Part shown: positions 51,085 to 61,371 of the stretch, piece after piece
How the letters are laid out: every line of letters begins with the position of its first letter
How positions within the stretch are numbered: position 1 is the stretch's first letter
Source: a bacterium
Lineage (GTDB): Bacteria > Electryoneota > JAOADG01
Length of the DNA: 64,000 nt
Reading direction: 5' to 3'
Assembly (NCBI GenBank): GCA_963681965.1
Contig: OY820579.1
Span: forward strand, 4,064,001 to 4,128,000
Program-made: the position numbers and the translations under genes
The notes under the pieces: model-generated
The model's input: only the letters and a program-made list of their open reading frames with translations
The model's database searches: none
What the model was told of the DNA's origin: nothing

Positions 51085-51113
51085 TTGCGGTTTTCAGACA
51101 ATTTTCGTACCTT
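51085..51113 (+). promoter_or_regulatory. Sigma70-type promoter candidate for the aminotransferase-serA genes
   Basis: TTGCGG-17 bp-TACCTT. Confidence 0.45.
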
Positions 51114-51214
51114 AGACAACGGTTTAAGGTTCCATGTCCCGTCTGACCGGAACCAGCAATGTTGGAGCTGCTCAGGATTGAACGCTCCGCGGTAACCCTC
51201 CAAGAGGACATAGC

Positions 51215-52300
51215 ATGCACAAGAAACTCTTTATTCCCGGACCGAGTGAAGTACGTCCGAAAATTCTCCAAGCGATGGCAACACCGCAAGTCGGACACCG
51301 ATCGAAAGACTATATCGCTCTTCATGAACGGGTCATTCCGAAAGTAAAGCAAATTCTTTATACCCAGAACGACGTGTTTCTCTGGGCATCCAGCTCGACA
51401 CTGGTAATGGAAGCCTGTGTCCGCAACCTGTCCCGCAAGAAAGTACTCTCCTGCGTGAATGGCGCTTTTTCCAAGCGCTGGGCGCAGATGTGCGGTTTCA
51501 ACGGTATTCCGAATGAAGTGCTTAGCGCCGAATGGGGCAAACCGATTACTCCCGAAGCGATCGATGCGAAACTCGCCACCGGCGAATTCGATTGCTTGAC
51601 GGTCGTGATGAATGAGACGTCGACTGGCGTCGAATCGAAGATCGGCGATATCGGAAAAATGATGGTGAAATATCCCGACGTGATGTTCTGCGTCGACGCG
51701 GTTTCCTGTATGGCTGGCGCGAAGATCCCGACCGACGAGTGGGGCATCGACGTGGTGCTCGCCGGTGTCCAGAAGTGCTGGGCAATGCCCGCCGGTTTGG
51801 CAATTTCAGCACACTCCGCACGTTCGCTGGAACGGTGCAAGGAAATCAAGTATCGCGGTCTCTATACCGACTTCCTCGATATGAAGAAGTACAGCGATAA
51901 GAACCAGACTCCGGCAACACCGGCTGTTTCGCACATTTTCGCACTCGACGTTCAGACCGACGACATTCTCGCCGAAGGTCTCGACAATCGCTGGGCACGT
52001 CACATGCGTCTCGCGAAAACAACGCGCGATTTCTGTGTCGACCACGGCTATGCGCTTTATCCCGAAGCCGGTTACGAATCGGTCACGCTGACTTGTGCGA
52101 ACAACACCAAGGGCATCGTGATTGCCGATCTGAATTCCGCACTCGGCAAGCGCGGATTCACCATTTCCAATGGCTACGGTGATCTGAAAGAAAAGACCTT
52201 CCGCATCGCACACATGGGCGATGTCACCGACGCCGAATTGAAGGAATTGCTCGATCACATCGACGACATTCTGAAAACCTTGCCGACCACCAACGGCTAA
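51215..52300 (+). CDS. Class V PLP aminotransferase (serine-pyruvate/alanine-glyoxylate type; probable phosphoserine aminotransferase role)
   Basis: LFIPGP, GHRS, NETSTGV, VDAVS, GVQKC..MPAGL, QTP.TP, FRIAHMG; adjacent to serA. Confidence 0.88.
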   Translation: MHKKLFIPGPSEVRPKILQAMATPQVGHRSKDYIALHERVIPKVKQILYTQNDVFLWASSSTLVMEACVRNLSRKKVLSCVNGAFSKRWAQMCGFNGIPNEVLSAEWGKPITPEAIDAKLATGEFDCLTVVMNETSTGVESKIGDIGKMMVKYPDVMFCVDAVSCMAGAKIPTDEWGIDVVLAGVQKCWAMPAGLAISAHSARSLERCKEIKYRGLYTDFLDMKKYSDKNQTPATPAVSHIFALDVQTDDILAEGLDNRWARHMRLAKTTRDFCVDHGYALYPEAGYESVTLTCANNTKGIVIADLNSALGKRGFTISNGYGDLKEKTFRIAHMGDVTDAELKELLDHIDDILKTLPTTNG

Positions 52301-52306
52301 TCATTC

Positions 52307-52366
52307 GAAGGGGCGGACTTGCAATAGTCCGCCCGAATTTCATCGGGCGGTACTGTTACCGCCCAC
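52307..52366. repeat. Pair of facing REP-like hairpins
   Basis: GAAG-GGGCGGACT/AGTCCGCCC and GGGCGGTA/TACCGCCC-AC. Confidence 0.55.
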
Positions 52367-52459
52367 TTTGTTATTGAAATACGACGATGAACGATCCCCC
52401 GGACAGCCCTGTCCGCAATCGCCATCGCGCCACTTTACGCCACCAGAAGGAGTTTTTCC

Positions 52460-53362
52460 ATGCGCGTATTGATTACCGACGGACTCGCGAAAAGCGCCGT
52501 CCAACAGTTGAAAGACGCCGGTTTCGAAGTAACCGAGCAATTTTATCCGCTAGAAGAATTGATCGCAGCCATCCCCAATTTCGAAGTGATCATCGTTCGC
52601 TCTGCAACCAAAGTGACTCGTGCCGTAATTGAAGCCGGGACCAACTTGAAACTGGCAATCCGCGGTGGTGTTGGCATCGACAATATCGATACCGTAGCCG
52701 CCAAAGAACGCGGCGTGAAAGTTATGAATACCCCCGCCGCCTCCAGCGCGTCAGTTGCCGAATTGGCAATCGCGCACATGTTCGCCGTTGTCCGCTTCCT
52801 GCCGTTGACGAATTCGTCGATGAAAGCCGGACAGTGGGAAAAGAAAGCATTTTCGAAGGGTACCGAAATCAGTGGCAAGACCCTCGGTCTCATCGGCTGC
52901 GGTCGCATCGGTATCGAATTGGCGAAGCGTGCCCACGCCCTCGGTATGACGGTTTTGGGTTACGATAAATTCGTAAAAATTACCGAACCGACCATCAAGC
53001 AGGTTGAGATGGATGAAATCCTGACGAAAGCCGACTTTATCTCACTCCATATCCCCCTACCCAAGGGTGAACCACCGGTGATCGGAGCTGCTGAATTGGC
53101 GAAAATGAAGCCGAGTGCGGTATTGATCAATTGCGCCCGCGGCGGAGTGGTTGACGAAGCGGCACTGATCGAAGCGTTGAAGGGTGGCAAATTGCGTGGC
53201 GCCGGGATTGATGTCTTTGCCGGCGAACCGAACTTCAACCCCGAACTGGTTGCATTACCAAATGTCTCAGTATCACCGCATACCGGTGCTAGCACTGTCG
53301 AAGCGCAGGATCGAATCGGAGCGGAAGTTGTTCAAATCCTTAAAAACGAAGCTAAAAAATAA
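52460..53362 (+). CDS. serA: D-3-phosphoglycerate dehydrogenase, short form without ACT domain
   Basis: VRSATKVT, RGGVGIDNID, NTP.A...SVAE, G.GRIG, INCARGG.VDE, PHTGAST.EAQ. Confidence 0.82.
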   Translation: MRVLITDGLAKSAVQQLKDAGFEVTEQFYPLEELIAAIPNFEVIIVRSATKVTRAVIEAGTNLKLAIRGGVGIDNIDTVAAKERGVKVMNTPAASSASVAELAIAHMFAVVRFLPLTNSSMKAGQWEKKAFSKGTEISGKTLGLIGCGRIGIELAKRAHALGMTVLGYDKFVKITEPTIKQVEMDEILTKADFISLHIPLPKGEPPVIGAAELAKMKPSAVLINCARGGVVDEAALIEALKGGKLRGAGIDVFAGEPNFNPELVALPNVSVSPHTGASTVEAQDRIGAEVVQILKNEAKK

Positions 53363-53383
53363 GGGTTTGTAGACAGTTTTTTT

Positions 53384-53413
53384 GAGGGCACACAAACGTG
53401 TGCCCTCTTTTTT
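53384..53413 (+). terminator. Intrinsic terminator
   Basis: GAGGGCACAC-aaac-GTGTGCCCTC-T tract. Confidence 0.85.
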
Positions 53414-53718
53414 GTTTTTCGAGTGCTAACTACAGTTAAAGAAATCACCTAAATAGATCCGATCTATTGGAAAACCGACTAGAATACGATAAATTGGAAT
53501 GATGTTGTGTAATTACAGCGGGTTTGCTTGGTCTACAGGGACTTAACTTAGTTCCTCTGTACAATTGTGTTTGCCTTGGCTTTATTGAATTTAGTTGCAT
53601 TATTTTCCGTGAAACATCGATCATTTCCAGCGGCATTCACATTGACTCAGCAATTCCGATTCAGCCAATAGTCGAGAGTTCGGCAGATTAATTTGATTAC
53701 TGATATTCTAATGCGCCG

Positions 53719-56700
53719 ATGAAGCGAATACCACTTATTCAGACTCCACCAAAAAACATTTTAACAGCGAGTTTTCTCGGTGGAGCCAAACTTATTTGGC
53801 GCGGTCGCGTTCTGACTGACTTTGCAACCCAGAAGGTTTTGGGTTTGTTTTGCTATTTGCTCGACAATTCGGAACAGCAGGTTTCACGGGAAAAATTGAC
53901 GTCGATGTTCTGGGGCGATTCCCCGGAGAGTCAAGCCCGCTATAATCTTCGGTACGCGCTGTGGAATATCCGCAAATTATTCAAAGAGACTGAAGACGAT
54001 CTCGATCCTTTCATCGCTTCGCGGACAGCTTGTCAAATTCACCCCGAATTTCATTACACTACCGATTGCGAAACCTTCCTCACCGAACTAAATACTCCTC
54101 CCGGACCGGATCGCGTCGATGCTTTGGAGCACGCGGTCGATCGATACAAGGGACAATTCCTCGACGGTTTTACGCTGCGCAATTTACCCGACTGGGAAGA
54201 GTGGTTGTACCACCGTCGGGAAGAGCTACTCAAGCGCTATCTCGAGGGAATGGTTGAGATCGGCAATCATTATCTGAATTCTCGTCATTCAAGCAAAGCG
54301 CTGGATATTTTCATGCACGCGTTGAGCGTGGCAAATGATTTGGAACCAGCGCACGAAGGGATTATCCGGGCATACGCCGAACAGGGTAAAACTTCGGCAG
54401 CATTGCGCCAATACAATGTATACGTCGATTTGATGCGCCGCGAATTTAACGCTCCGCCCCGACCCGAAATGGTGAAATTAGCCGATGCCCTTCGCAAAGG
54501 CGGTGAAGTTCCGATCACGACGATCATCGAAGAAAAACCGGCACCAGTCAAAATCGTTCACACAGCTCCGGAACCCGTCCACATTCCTAAGCCGGTTATC
54601 GAGAATGTTCCGACCATCATTTCGAATACCGATCCGGTACCATTCATCGGTCGAAAACAGGAAATGATTTCGCTGAATCAGTTGCTGGATCAGGTCAGTG
54701 TCGGCAATGGACAAGTGATGATTGTTTCCGGCGAAATGGGTATCGGAAAAACTAGATTGCTCTCGACTTTTCTCAAAGTCGTTCCGAAAACTTTTTTCAT
54801 CGGTATCGGCGAATCGCAGGAAATCGCTTCAACGCAACCATTGGAATCGCTCGATCATCTCTGCGAATATTTGTTGCGCGATCCGCGAATTCCACCGGAT
54901 ATGCGTGCCGAATATAACAGTACCGCCTCTTCGACCGTCGTGCATCCCGAAGGTGAAGTCGGATCGGAAGCGGCAATCATCGAAGCGAAGCGACGCTGGT
55001 TGATCAAGCTCGCTCAGATTGGACCATTGATTATTTTAATGGACGATCTGCACTGGGCAAGCGACAGCGTACTGATGTTTTTCTCGAATCTCGCACAGGA
55101 AGTCAAACGACTGCCATTGCTGTTGATCGGGATTTTCCGCACCTACGAAAATGTGACCGAAGATGCAATCGCGCCGTCACTCATCAGTATCGCGCGCACC
55201 GGCAGGTTGTGGCGAATCGAATTGAAGAAATTGTCCGATTCCGAAACTCTGCAATTGATTACCTCGAAAGCCTCGGATGTCGTGAATCAAATGCAGAAAG
55301 AAGAGGTCGAGAAATTAACGCGATTCACCGACGGTATTCCGTTATACGCAGTGGAACTGGGAAGTTTTCTACAGGAAGGTCGCGAGGATATCGTTCACAG
55401 TCCGATGCTCGACGATCGACCCGATTTCGAAGCCACTACCGGTGAAAAACTGATTCCACCGTTGATGGAAAAAATCGCCTCGTTGCGATTGAGTAAGTTG
55501 ACACCGATCCAGAACGAAATTCTCAAATCGGCTTCACTCATCGTCGGCGATTTTTCGGTAAAAGTATTGAAGCAATTGAAGGAACTCGACGACGAAACGC
55601 TGGAAGAGATTCTTGTCGATCTGGAGTACCGTAATTTCATTCACCATATCGAACGTGGCGACGAATTAATCTTTGCCTTCAATCATCAAATGGTGAAGCT
55701 CGCCATTGCGGAAACGATCCCATCGCTCGAGCGACGCCGACTATTCAAAGCGATCGTGAATGCTTACAACTCCAGCGAAGAATCCTGCAGTCCCGAAGCG
55801 ATGGCGTACTATTTGTTCAATTCCGGCGATCGCGTAGCAGCACTCCCGTTCTTGATGCAAAGTGCCCGGCAATGGTTCGCCGTCGGTGAAAAACGGCGCG
55901 GTTTGCAAAATTCACGATTTGCCTTCAAGATTGCGATGGAAAATATCGGCTTCAATCCCGATGGAATGGTCGATATTGTCTTGGAACATGCCAACCATCA
56001 AGTTCGATTCGGGATGGTGAAACCGGCACTCGATGTATTGAACGAGCTGATCACGCAACTCGAGCCGAATACGACCAAACCCGAAGGCAAGAAACTGCTG
56101 GCACGTCGCGACGAACTCCGCGAATTGCTGAAATCGCCCACCAAACCGGTTTCGAAGCTGGTATCGCCGTTGACGCTGGTAACAACGAAACGGTCGCTGG
56201 CGAATGTAAAATTATTGCACGATGATATCCCCGGTGCCACCGCCTTGATCGAACAGATCGAAAAGATGCTCGACAACATGGAAGACAGCAAGGGGATGTT
56301 GCTCGAATCGGGACGATTGCTGCAGTTGAAAGCCAAGTTGCTGTTGAAACTAAAGAAGAAAAGCGAAGCGACCCGCTTGTTAGAAAATTCACTCGAATTG
56401 CTTCGTGGTCCGGGTGCACTGGTCGATTTGGCGGAAAGTTATCTCTTGCTGGCGCATTTGGCGGTAGAAAAGCGCGATTGGGAACGTGCGAAAACATTGC
56501 TGGAAACTGCAACCGATTTGTCGCTCGATACCGACGACGAAATTCTCCAATCGAATTGTTATCACGCACTCGGAAAAATTTGTCTCCGACGCGACGAGAT
56601 GGAAGATGCCGAAGCCTATCTCCAACGAGCCGTAGAAGCGGGCGAGCATTCGTTGCCGTCGGCATCCGAGGTGGCACAATTGCGGATGGATTATGCCGAA

Positions 56701-56835
56701 GCGCTGTTCCAACAAGGCAAGCCGGAAGATGCCGCGCACGAACTCGATGTTGCGGAAGAATGCTTCAAGACCGACACCAACGACGATGGGCTGCGAAAAA
56801 TCCGCAAAGTCCGTTCCGACTACAACATCTCCTAA
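53719..56835 (+). CDS. SARP-type regulator: wHTH/BTAD + P-loop NTPase + TPR
   Basis: SREKL..MFW......ARYNLR, Y.GQFL.GF...WEEWL, FIGR..E, GEMGIGKTRL, DDLHWA, G.PLY..E. Confidence 0.87.
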   Translation: MKRIPLIQTPPKNILTASFLGGAKLIWRGRVLTDFATQKVLGLFCYLLDNSEQQVSREKLTSMFWGDSPESQARYNLRYALWNIRKLFKETEDDLDPFIASRTACQIHPEFHYTTDCETFLTELNTPPGPDRVDALEHAVDRYKGQFLDGFTLRNLPDWEEWLYHRREELLKRYLEGMVEIGNHYLNSRHSSKALDIFMHALSVANDLEPAHEGIIRAYAEQGKTSAALRQYNVYVDLMRREFNAPPRPEMVKLADALRKGGEVPITTIIEEKPAPVKIVHTAPEPVHIPKPVIENVPTIISNTDPVPFIGRKQEMISLNQLLDQVSVGNGQVMIVSGEMGIGKTRLLSTFLKVVPKTFFIGIGESQEIASTQPLESLDHLCEYLLRDPRIPPDMRAEYNSTASSTVVHPEGEVGSEAAIIEAKRRWLIKLAQIGPLIILMDDLHWASDSVLMFFSNLAQEVKRLPLLLIGIFRTYENVTEDAIAPSLISIARTGRLWRIELKKLSDSETLQLITSKASDVVNQMQKEEVEKLTRFTDGIPLYAVELGSFLQEGREDIVHSPMLDDRPDFEATTGEKLIPPLMEKIASLRLSKLTPIQNEILKSASLIVGDFSVKVLKQLKELDDETLEEILVDLEYRNFIHHIERGDELIFAFNHQMVKLAIAETIPSLERRRLFKAIVNAYNSSEESCSPEAMAYYLFNSGDRVAALPFLMQSARQWFAVGEKRRGLQNSRFAFKIAMENIGFNPDGMVDIVLEHANHQVRFGMVKPALDVLNELITQLEPNTTKPEGKKLLARRDELRELLKSPTKPVSKLVSPLTLVTTKRSLANVKLLHDDIPGATALIEQIEKMLDNMEDSKGMLLESGRLLQLKAKLLLKLKKKSEATRLLENSLELLRGPGALVDLAESYLLLAHLAVEKRDWERAKTLLETATDLSLDTDDEILQSNCYHALGKICLRRDEMEDAEAYLQRAVEAGEHSLPSASEVAQLRMDYAEALFQQGKPEDAAHELDVAEECFKTDTNDDGLRKIRKVRSDYNIS

Positions 56836-56930
56836 ACCCAACACCATCATTCAATCTTCTCATACGATCACCTGAATCATTTAGTATATTGTAGCTTCCA
56901 ATCAATCATGAATTACTTACTAGGAATTCA

Positions 56931-57833
56931 ATGGAACGGTTTGCTTATCTCGGTGTGATTGTCGCGGTCCTTGCGTATGCATGGTCGGCGATCTTCATTC
57001 GCATGGCAGTGGAAGCGCCGCCATTGGCAATTGCATTTTACCGGATGTTGATCGCGAGTATCGTCTGGACACCGGCGTACTGGTGGAAACCGAAAGGCAT
57101 CGCACCAACCCCGCTCACTTCGCGACAACGCAAATTGATTCTTCTATCCGGATTATTCCTCTGCTTCCATTTTGCCACGTGGATTGCTTCGCTCCGCCAT
57201 ACCACCGTCGCATCTGCCGTATTCATGATCCTGATGCAACCGATTATGGTCGCGATCGTCGCGCATTTCTGGTTGAAAGAGCGACTTCGTACACAACATA
57301 TTGTCGGTTTAATTGTCACGATTCTCGGCGCGCTGATTATTACATGGGGCGATGTCCAAATCAAACCGGAATATCTCGGCGGCGACCTGCTCGCATTGCT
57401 GGGCGCTGGTTTGGCAGGTGCGTATCTGCTTGTCGGTCGGATTGTCCGACCCGATCATCCCGAACACGGTGAAGGGGTTCCGCTGCATCGCTATATTCCA
57501 CTGGTTTATTGGACAGCGACGATCGGATTACTGATTCTCTGTCTCGCAAATGGCGTGACGCTGAGTGGGTTCGGTTCCGATACGTGGTGGGCACTGCTCG
57601 GTGTCGGGTTGATTCCGACGGTGATCGGACATAGTCTGTTCAATTGGGCGATTCGCTACCTCCCCGCACTCCCGGTCAACATTTCGCTGGTGGGTGAACC
57701 AATCGGCGCAACGCTGTTGGCATTCTGGATTTTCCACGAAACACCGGCAACCGGCATCTTTATTGGCGGACCGCTGATGATTCTCGCCGTGGTCGTGATT
57801 GTCATGACACCACAACGGATGAAAGTGCGATAA
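56931..57833 (+). CDS. EamA/DMT family transporter
   Basis: About ten TM helices; AFYRM, GDLLAL.GA, IGHSLFNWA, EPIGA. Confidence 0.9.
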   Translation: MERFAYLGVIVAVLAYAWSAIFIRMAVEAPPLAIAFYRMLIASIVWTPAYWWKPKGIAPTPLTSRQRKLILLSGLFLCFHFATWIASLRHTTVASAVFMILMQPIMVAIVAHFWLKERLRTQHIVGLIVTILGALIITWGDVQIKPEYLGGDLLALLGAGLAGAYLLVGRIVRPDHPEHGEGVPLHRYIPLVYWTATIGLLILCLANGVTLSGFGSDTWWALLGVGLIPTVIGHSLFNWAIRYLPALPVNISLVGEPIGATLLAFWIFHETPATGIFIGGPLMILAVVVIVMTPQRMKVR

Positions 57834-57842
57834 TTGACTTAT

Positions 57843-58084
57843 GTAGCCGCAGGCTTTAGACTGCGATCTTGTATCTTTTTTATCTTTTCCCACCACCCAA
57901 CACCTACCCCCCAACACCCATCTTTACTGTAGGTCGGAATTTATTCCGACTCCTCTTGTGTCGTGCAAATTTCCATTTGTGCGAATATCATACGCCCCAA
58001 ACGGAAAAAAAAAGGGACGAATACGATTCGTCCCTTCGAAAAAATGTTTGAATGATGTGGGCGACCGCAGTGGGTCACCCCTAC
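57843..58084. repeat. Three different GTAG-type REP-like palindromes
   Basis: GTAGCCGCAGGCTTTAGACTGCG (57843-65), GTAGGTCGGAATTTATTCCGAC (57929-50), minus-strand GTAGGGGTGACCCACTGCGGTCGCCC (58059-84). Confidence 0.65.
58005..58036 (-). terminator. Terminator of the Fe-S operon
   Basis: A9-GGGACGAAT-acg-ATTCGTCCC. Confidence 0.8.
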
Positions 58085-58570
58085 TTACGCTACATTCAGG
58101 CGCGCCATCAGCGGTAACGGCGGGGTTTCGATTTGTTCGCCCGGAGCAAGATCGGGGCTGGGAATTTCGTTCCACTCCAGTGCGCGCGTCGGACAGAATT
58201 TCGCACACGCGGGATCGCCACCGCAAACATCGCACTTCACAATCTGTTTCGCCGCCGAATCGAAATGAATATTGCCGAACGGACAGGCGACGGTACACAT
58301 CATGCACAATACGCATTTCGCGGTATCGACTTCGATCGCACCGGTGACGGGATTGCGGATCAGCGCATTGGTCGGGCACGGTTTCTGACAGGCGGCGTCG
58401 TCGCATTGCAGACAGAGTACTACCGACGATGTGGTCGCGGTGAACGTATAGGCGCGCACGCGGGTCAATGCCTGCGATTTCGGCGATGTGCTGTGAACGA
58501 AGCTGCAGGCGATTTCGCAGGAACGGCAGCCGATACAACGGTACGGGGTAACCCAAAGTTTTTTAGACAT
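58085..58570 (-). CDS. 4x[4Fe-4S] polyferredoxin subunit (DmsB/HydN/AOR small-subunit type)
   Basis: CIGCRSCEIAC, CLQCDDAACQKPCP, CVLCMMCTVACP, KCDVC.GDPACAKFCP. Confidence 0.9.
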   Translation of the reverse strand: MSKKLWVTPYRCIGCRSCEIACSFVHSTSPKSQALTRVRAYTFTATTSSVVLCLQCDDAACQKPCPTNALIRNPVTGAIEVDTAKCVLCMMCTVACPFGNIHFDSAAKQIVKCDVCGGDPACAKFCPTRALEWNEIPSPDLAPGEQIETPPLPLMARLNVA

Positions 58571-58620
58571 GGCGAAGTTCCGATTTTTCTTTGTTAGCGA
58601 ACGAGGTTCGCGAAAAGATG

Positions 58621-59373
58621 CTACACAACATTGACAAATTTACGTGCCGTCTCAAGTTTCCGCGCACGATCGCTCTTGGTGAAGTAGTCGCGGGGCAAGC
58701 CGGACTTCTTCGCGAAATGATCGAGCTGTTCAGGCGTACCGAGCACCGTGCCGGTATCGGGACACTTCACCAGATCGAAGGTGTGATCCCAGATCGTGCG
58801 TTTGCCATCGGCTTCTTTGAACGGAATCGCGTCGGTCGGACAGGCATTCGCGCAGGCGAGACAGCCGATGCACGAGCGTTCTTCGTCCCATTCGAGTGGC
58901 GTGGCGATTACTTTCTGAATGCCGCGCGAGGTGCGTGCGATGGCATTGCGACCCACCGATTCGCAGACGCGAACGCAGATATCGCAGAGAATGCAGTTGT
59001 CGCCATCGACGCGAATCGGGAACGAGCTTTGCTCGATGCCGTACTCTTTCGCCCAGGCTTTGATCACATCGCTGTTCGGGCAGCGGGCGAGTTGCATGTC
59101 GAGCAGCGTCGCGCGGGTTTCAACCACCTTCTCGCTCATCGTGAAGACGTGCAGCCCTTCTTCCACGGGATAGAGACAACTGGTGACCAATTTCGACCAG
59201 CCGTCCCAATCGGGGCGCGTGATTTCGACAACGCATAAGCGGCATGCGCCGACCGGTTCGACACCGTCGTGATGGCACAGTGCCGGAATCTTTTTGCCTT
59301 CGCGGCGAGCGACCTGCAACAGGTATTCGCCCTTCTCCGCCGTGACTTCCTTGCCGTCCAATAAAAACTTCAT
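58621..59373 (-). CDS. NuoG/HydA N-terminal-like 2Fe-2S/4Fe-4S subunit without catalytic domain
   Basis: IPALCHH...GACRLC.VE...TSC, CILCDICVRVC, CIGCLACANACPT. Confidence 0.88.
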   Translation of the reverse strand: MKFLLDGKEVTAEKGEYLLQVARREGKKIPALCHHDGVEPVGACRLCVVEITRPDWDGWSKLVTSCLYPVEEGLHVFTMSEKVVETRATLLDMQLARCPNSDVIKAWAKEYGIEQSSFPIRVDGDNCILCDICVRVCESVGRNAIARTSRGIQKVIATPLEWDEERSCIGCLACANACPTDAIPFKEADGKRTIWDHTFDLVKCPDTGTVLGTPEQLDHFAKKSGLPRDYFTKSDRARKLETARKFVNVV

Positions 59374-59416
59374 TGGAAATCCTTGTCGTGAATTTCACTG
59401 TTCGAACCGAATAACT

Positions 59417-60349
59417 TCATTCGTCGGGTTCGAAATAATCCATGTCAATTTTCTTTATCGTAATAGTACGATCAATTGAAACACCTAGATCGTGATCGAT
59501 CATTAACTCTAACAGCTTGTCACCGTCGATAAGAATGACTTTTTGGTTTTTCAAACTCTTCACATAGCTCTTTGCACTGGCTGAGAATTTTAAAAGCGTG
59601 ATAAAGACACCTTTGTCAGCTCCTACGCCAACCAACGCACCGATAAAGCTCTGGACTTCACCGCTTCCGACAGTGTTATTCTCATATCGTTTTGCTTGAA
59701 TGTGAATTTTCTCTAATCCTAACTTGTCTTCGTAAATAATTCCATCGATGCCACCATCGCCCGATTTTCCGGTTATCTCGCCTATTCCGTATCCCATTTT
59801 TTCTAATAATTGAACAACTAATTTTTCAAAGAATGATGCTGAACATTTTAAAATTGCTGACCGAACTTTTTCAAATAATTCAATTTTTAACAAGTCCTCG
59901 GCATCAGATAATTGGTCGTTAGGTGTCAGTTCTGATACTACTTGAATAGAGTTATTCGGTATAATATTTTGTTTTGTTGAATCAATCGTTACTTTTCGAC
60001 CAGATTTCTGCATCCATTCTCTAAATGAATCGCTGAATTCAGTTAAGCATTTTTCATTTATTTTTACTGGTTTCTGATCGAGTAATTTCATACCCAAATT
60101 GGTAATTTTATAATTTCCGATTGATGCTTGCTCGATGCATCCTGCTTTCATCAAGTAATATCTGGCCCAGTACACCCTGTCATCAAAAATAGTGTAACGC
60201 GGTTTATTCTTTTGTGCGATTAAATCATCGTCCGATAAATGAAAATATTCCTTTAAATATGATAAATACTCGCTTCGATGGTGTATCTTTCCATCGGATA
60301 AATATAACAAGAATGGTAACGTGATCTCATCGAATTTTGGTAGTGCCAT
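59417..60349 (-). CDS. mrr: Mrr-family (type IV) restriction endonuclease
   Basis: N-terminal wHTH (RVYWARYYL..AG), FFEKLVVQLLEKMGY, SGDGGIDG, IQAKRY, KGVFIT, LIDG..L. Confidence 0.92.
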   Translation of the reverse strand: MALPKFDEITLPFLLYLSDGKIHHRSEYLSYLKEYFHLSDDDLIAQKNKPRYTIFDDRVYWARYYLMKAGCIEQASIGNYKITNLGMKLLDQKPVKINEKCLTEFSDSFREWMQKSGRKVTIDSTKQNIIPNNSIQVVSELTPNDQLSDAEDLLKIELFEKVRSAILKCSASFFEKLVVQLLEKMGYGIGEITGKSGDGGIDGIIYEDKLGLEKIHIQAKRYENNTVGSGEVQSFIGALVGVGADKGVFITLLKFSASAKSYVKSLKNQKVILIDGDKLLELMIDHDLGVSIDRTITIKKIDMDYFEPDE

Positions 60350-60364
60350 TTCAATTCCTCGATT

Positions 60365-60649
60365 TTAATTGCGATTTCTTCGATAATGGACTACTGCAAT
60401 AATATTCACTCGATCAGAATAAATTCGATAAATTAACCGATATTCGCGAACAATCAATTCTCTAATCTCGAAAATTTTCGAGGGAATTACTGATCGACCG
60501 CGATTTGAATATCTTCGCAACGAATTGCCGGCATTCAAAAGATCAATGACAACTACCGATGCATATCGATCAGAATCTTCTGCGATGAAATCGTAGATGG
60601 ATTTTAGATCAAATCTTGCACCTTTTAACCAAATTACTTTCTTATCCAT
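60365..60649 (-). CDS. RelE/ParE family toxin
   Basis: VIW...A..DL..IYDFIA.D, GR....IRELIV..YRLIYRI....IIAVVH..R. Confidence 0.87.
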   Translation of the reverse strand: MDKKVIWLKGARFDLKSIYDFIAEDSDRYASVVVIDLLNAGNSLRRYSNRGRSVIPSKIFEIRELIVREYRLIYRIYSDRVNIIAVVHYRRNRN

Positions 60650-60864
60650 GAAGCAACCAGCCGTTCCATCTTTTCCTGAGGAATACCGTTTCCTTCCTGC
60701 TCGTCTTGCAAACCACGTTCGATCTTTTGCAAAACATAAAGATGATACTGCATATCTTCGAGAGAACTATCCTCGGGTAACTGCTTCAGATATTTCAAAG
60801 CCTCTGCGCGTGGCAACACGACTTTGTCGACTTTAATTGATCTGACGTGATTTGTTGTCTTCAT
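60634..60864 (-). CDS. Putative type II antitoxin
   Basis: LPEDSSLEDMQYHLYVLQKIERGL.D..EG; stop overlaps the toxin start; GGAGG RBS. Confidence 0.8.
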   Translation of the reverse strand: MKTTNHVRSIKVDKVVLPRAEALKYLKQLPEDSSLEDMQYHLYVLQKIERGLQDEQEGNGIPQEKMERLVASWIRK

Positions 60865-60927
60865 GATTTCCTCCTTACTTAACGATACGCACTTAATGTT
60901 CGTACCGCAGGGAAATTACTTGCTAAC

Positions 60928-61347
60928 TCACACATCAAACGTGTAATTCTGCAAACCGTGATAATAATTCGCATACTTCGCAGTGAATTCGATCACCGTG
61001 TAATCGGGATCGTCGATCCCTTGCGGATAGTAGGTATCGAAACCGTCGCGCCACATCCGCTGCTTGGTGGCATGATCGTCGTGAAAGACGATTTCGCCCA
61101 CCAGCATCAATCCTTCGAATCCCTGCGGATCGAGAAAATAGAGACAACTGCGCGGATCGTGCGCAATAATCGTCGAGCGTTTCGCCGATTTATTCGTCGT
61201 GATCCAAAATTTCTTCAGACCATCGATCTCAGTGACGAGCATCGCCTTGATGTTCGGATAACCGTCGGTGCCATTCGATCCAAGCAGCACCACCTGCGAA
61301 CGTGCCGCCAATTTCTTCGATTTGTCGAGTACTTCGTCCGTTGTCAT
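60928..61347 (-). CDS. Pyridoxamine 5'-phosphate oxidase-like (general stress protein 26-like) protein
   Basis: GYPNIKAM, W.TTN, GLMLVG, YYPQG.DDPDY. Confidence 0.8.
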   Translation of the reverse strand: MTTDEVLDKSKKLAARSQVVLLGSNGTDGYPNIKAMLVTEIDGLKKFWITTNKSAKRSTIIAHDPRSCLYFLDPQGFEGLMLVGEIVFHDDHATKQRMWRDGFDTYYPQGIDDPDYTVIEFTAKYANYYHGLQNYTFDV

Positions 61348-61371
61348 CGTTCGCTCGTTTTCAACTTACTT

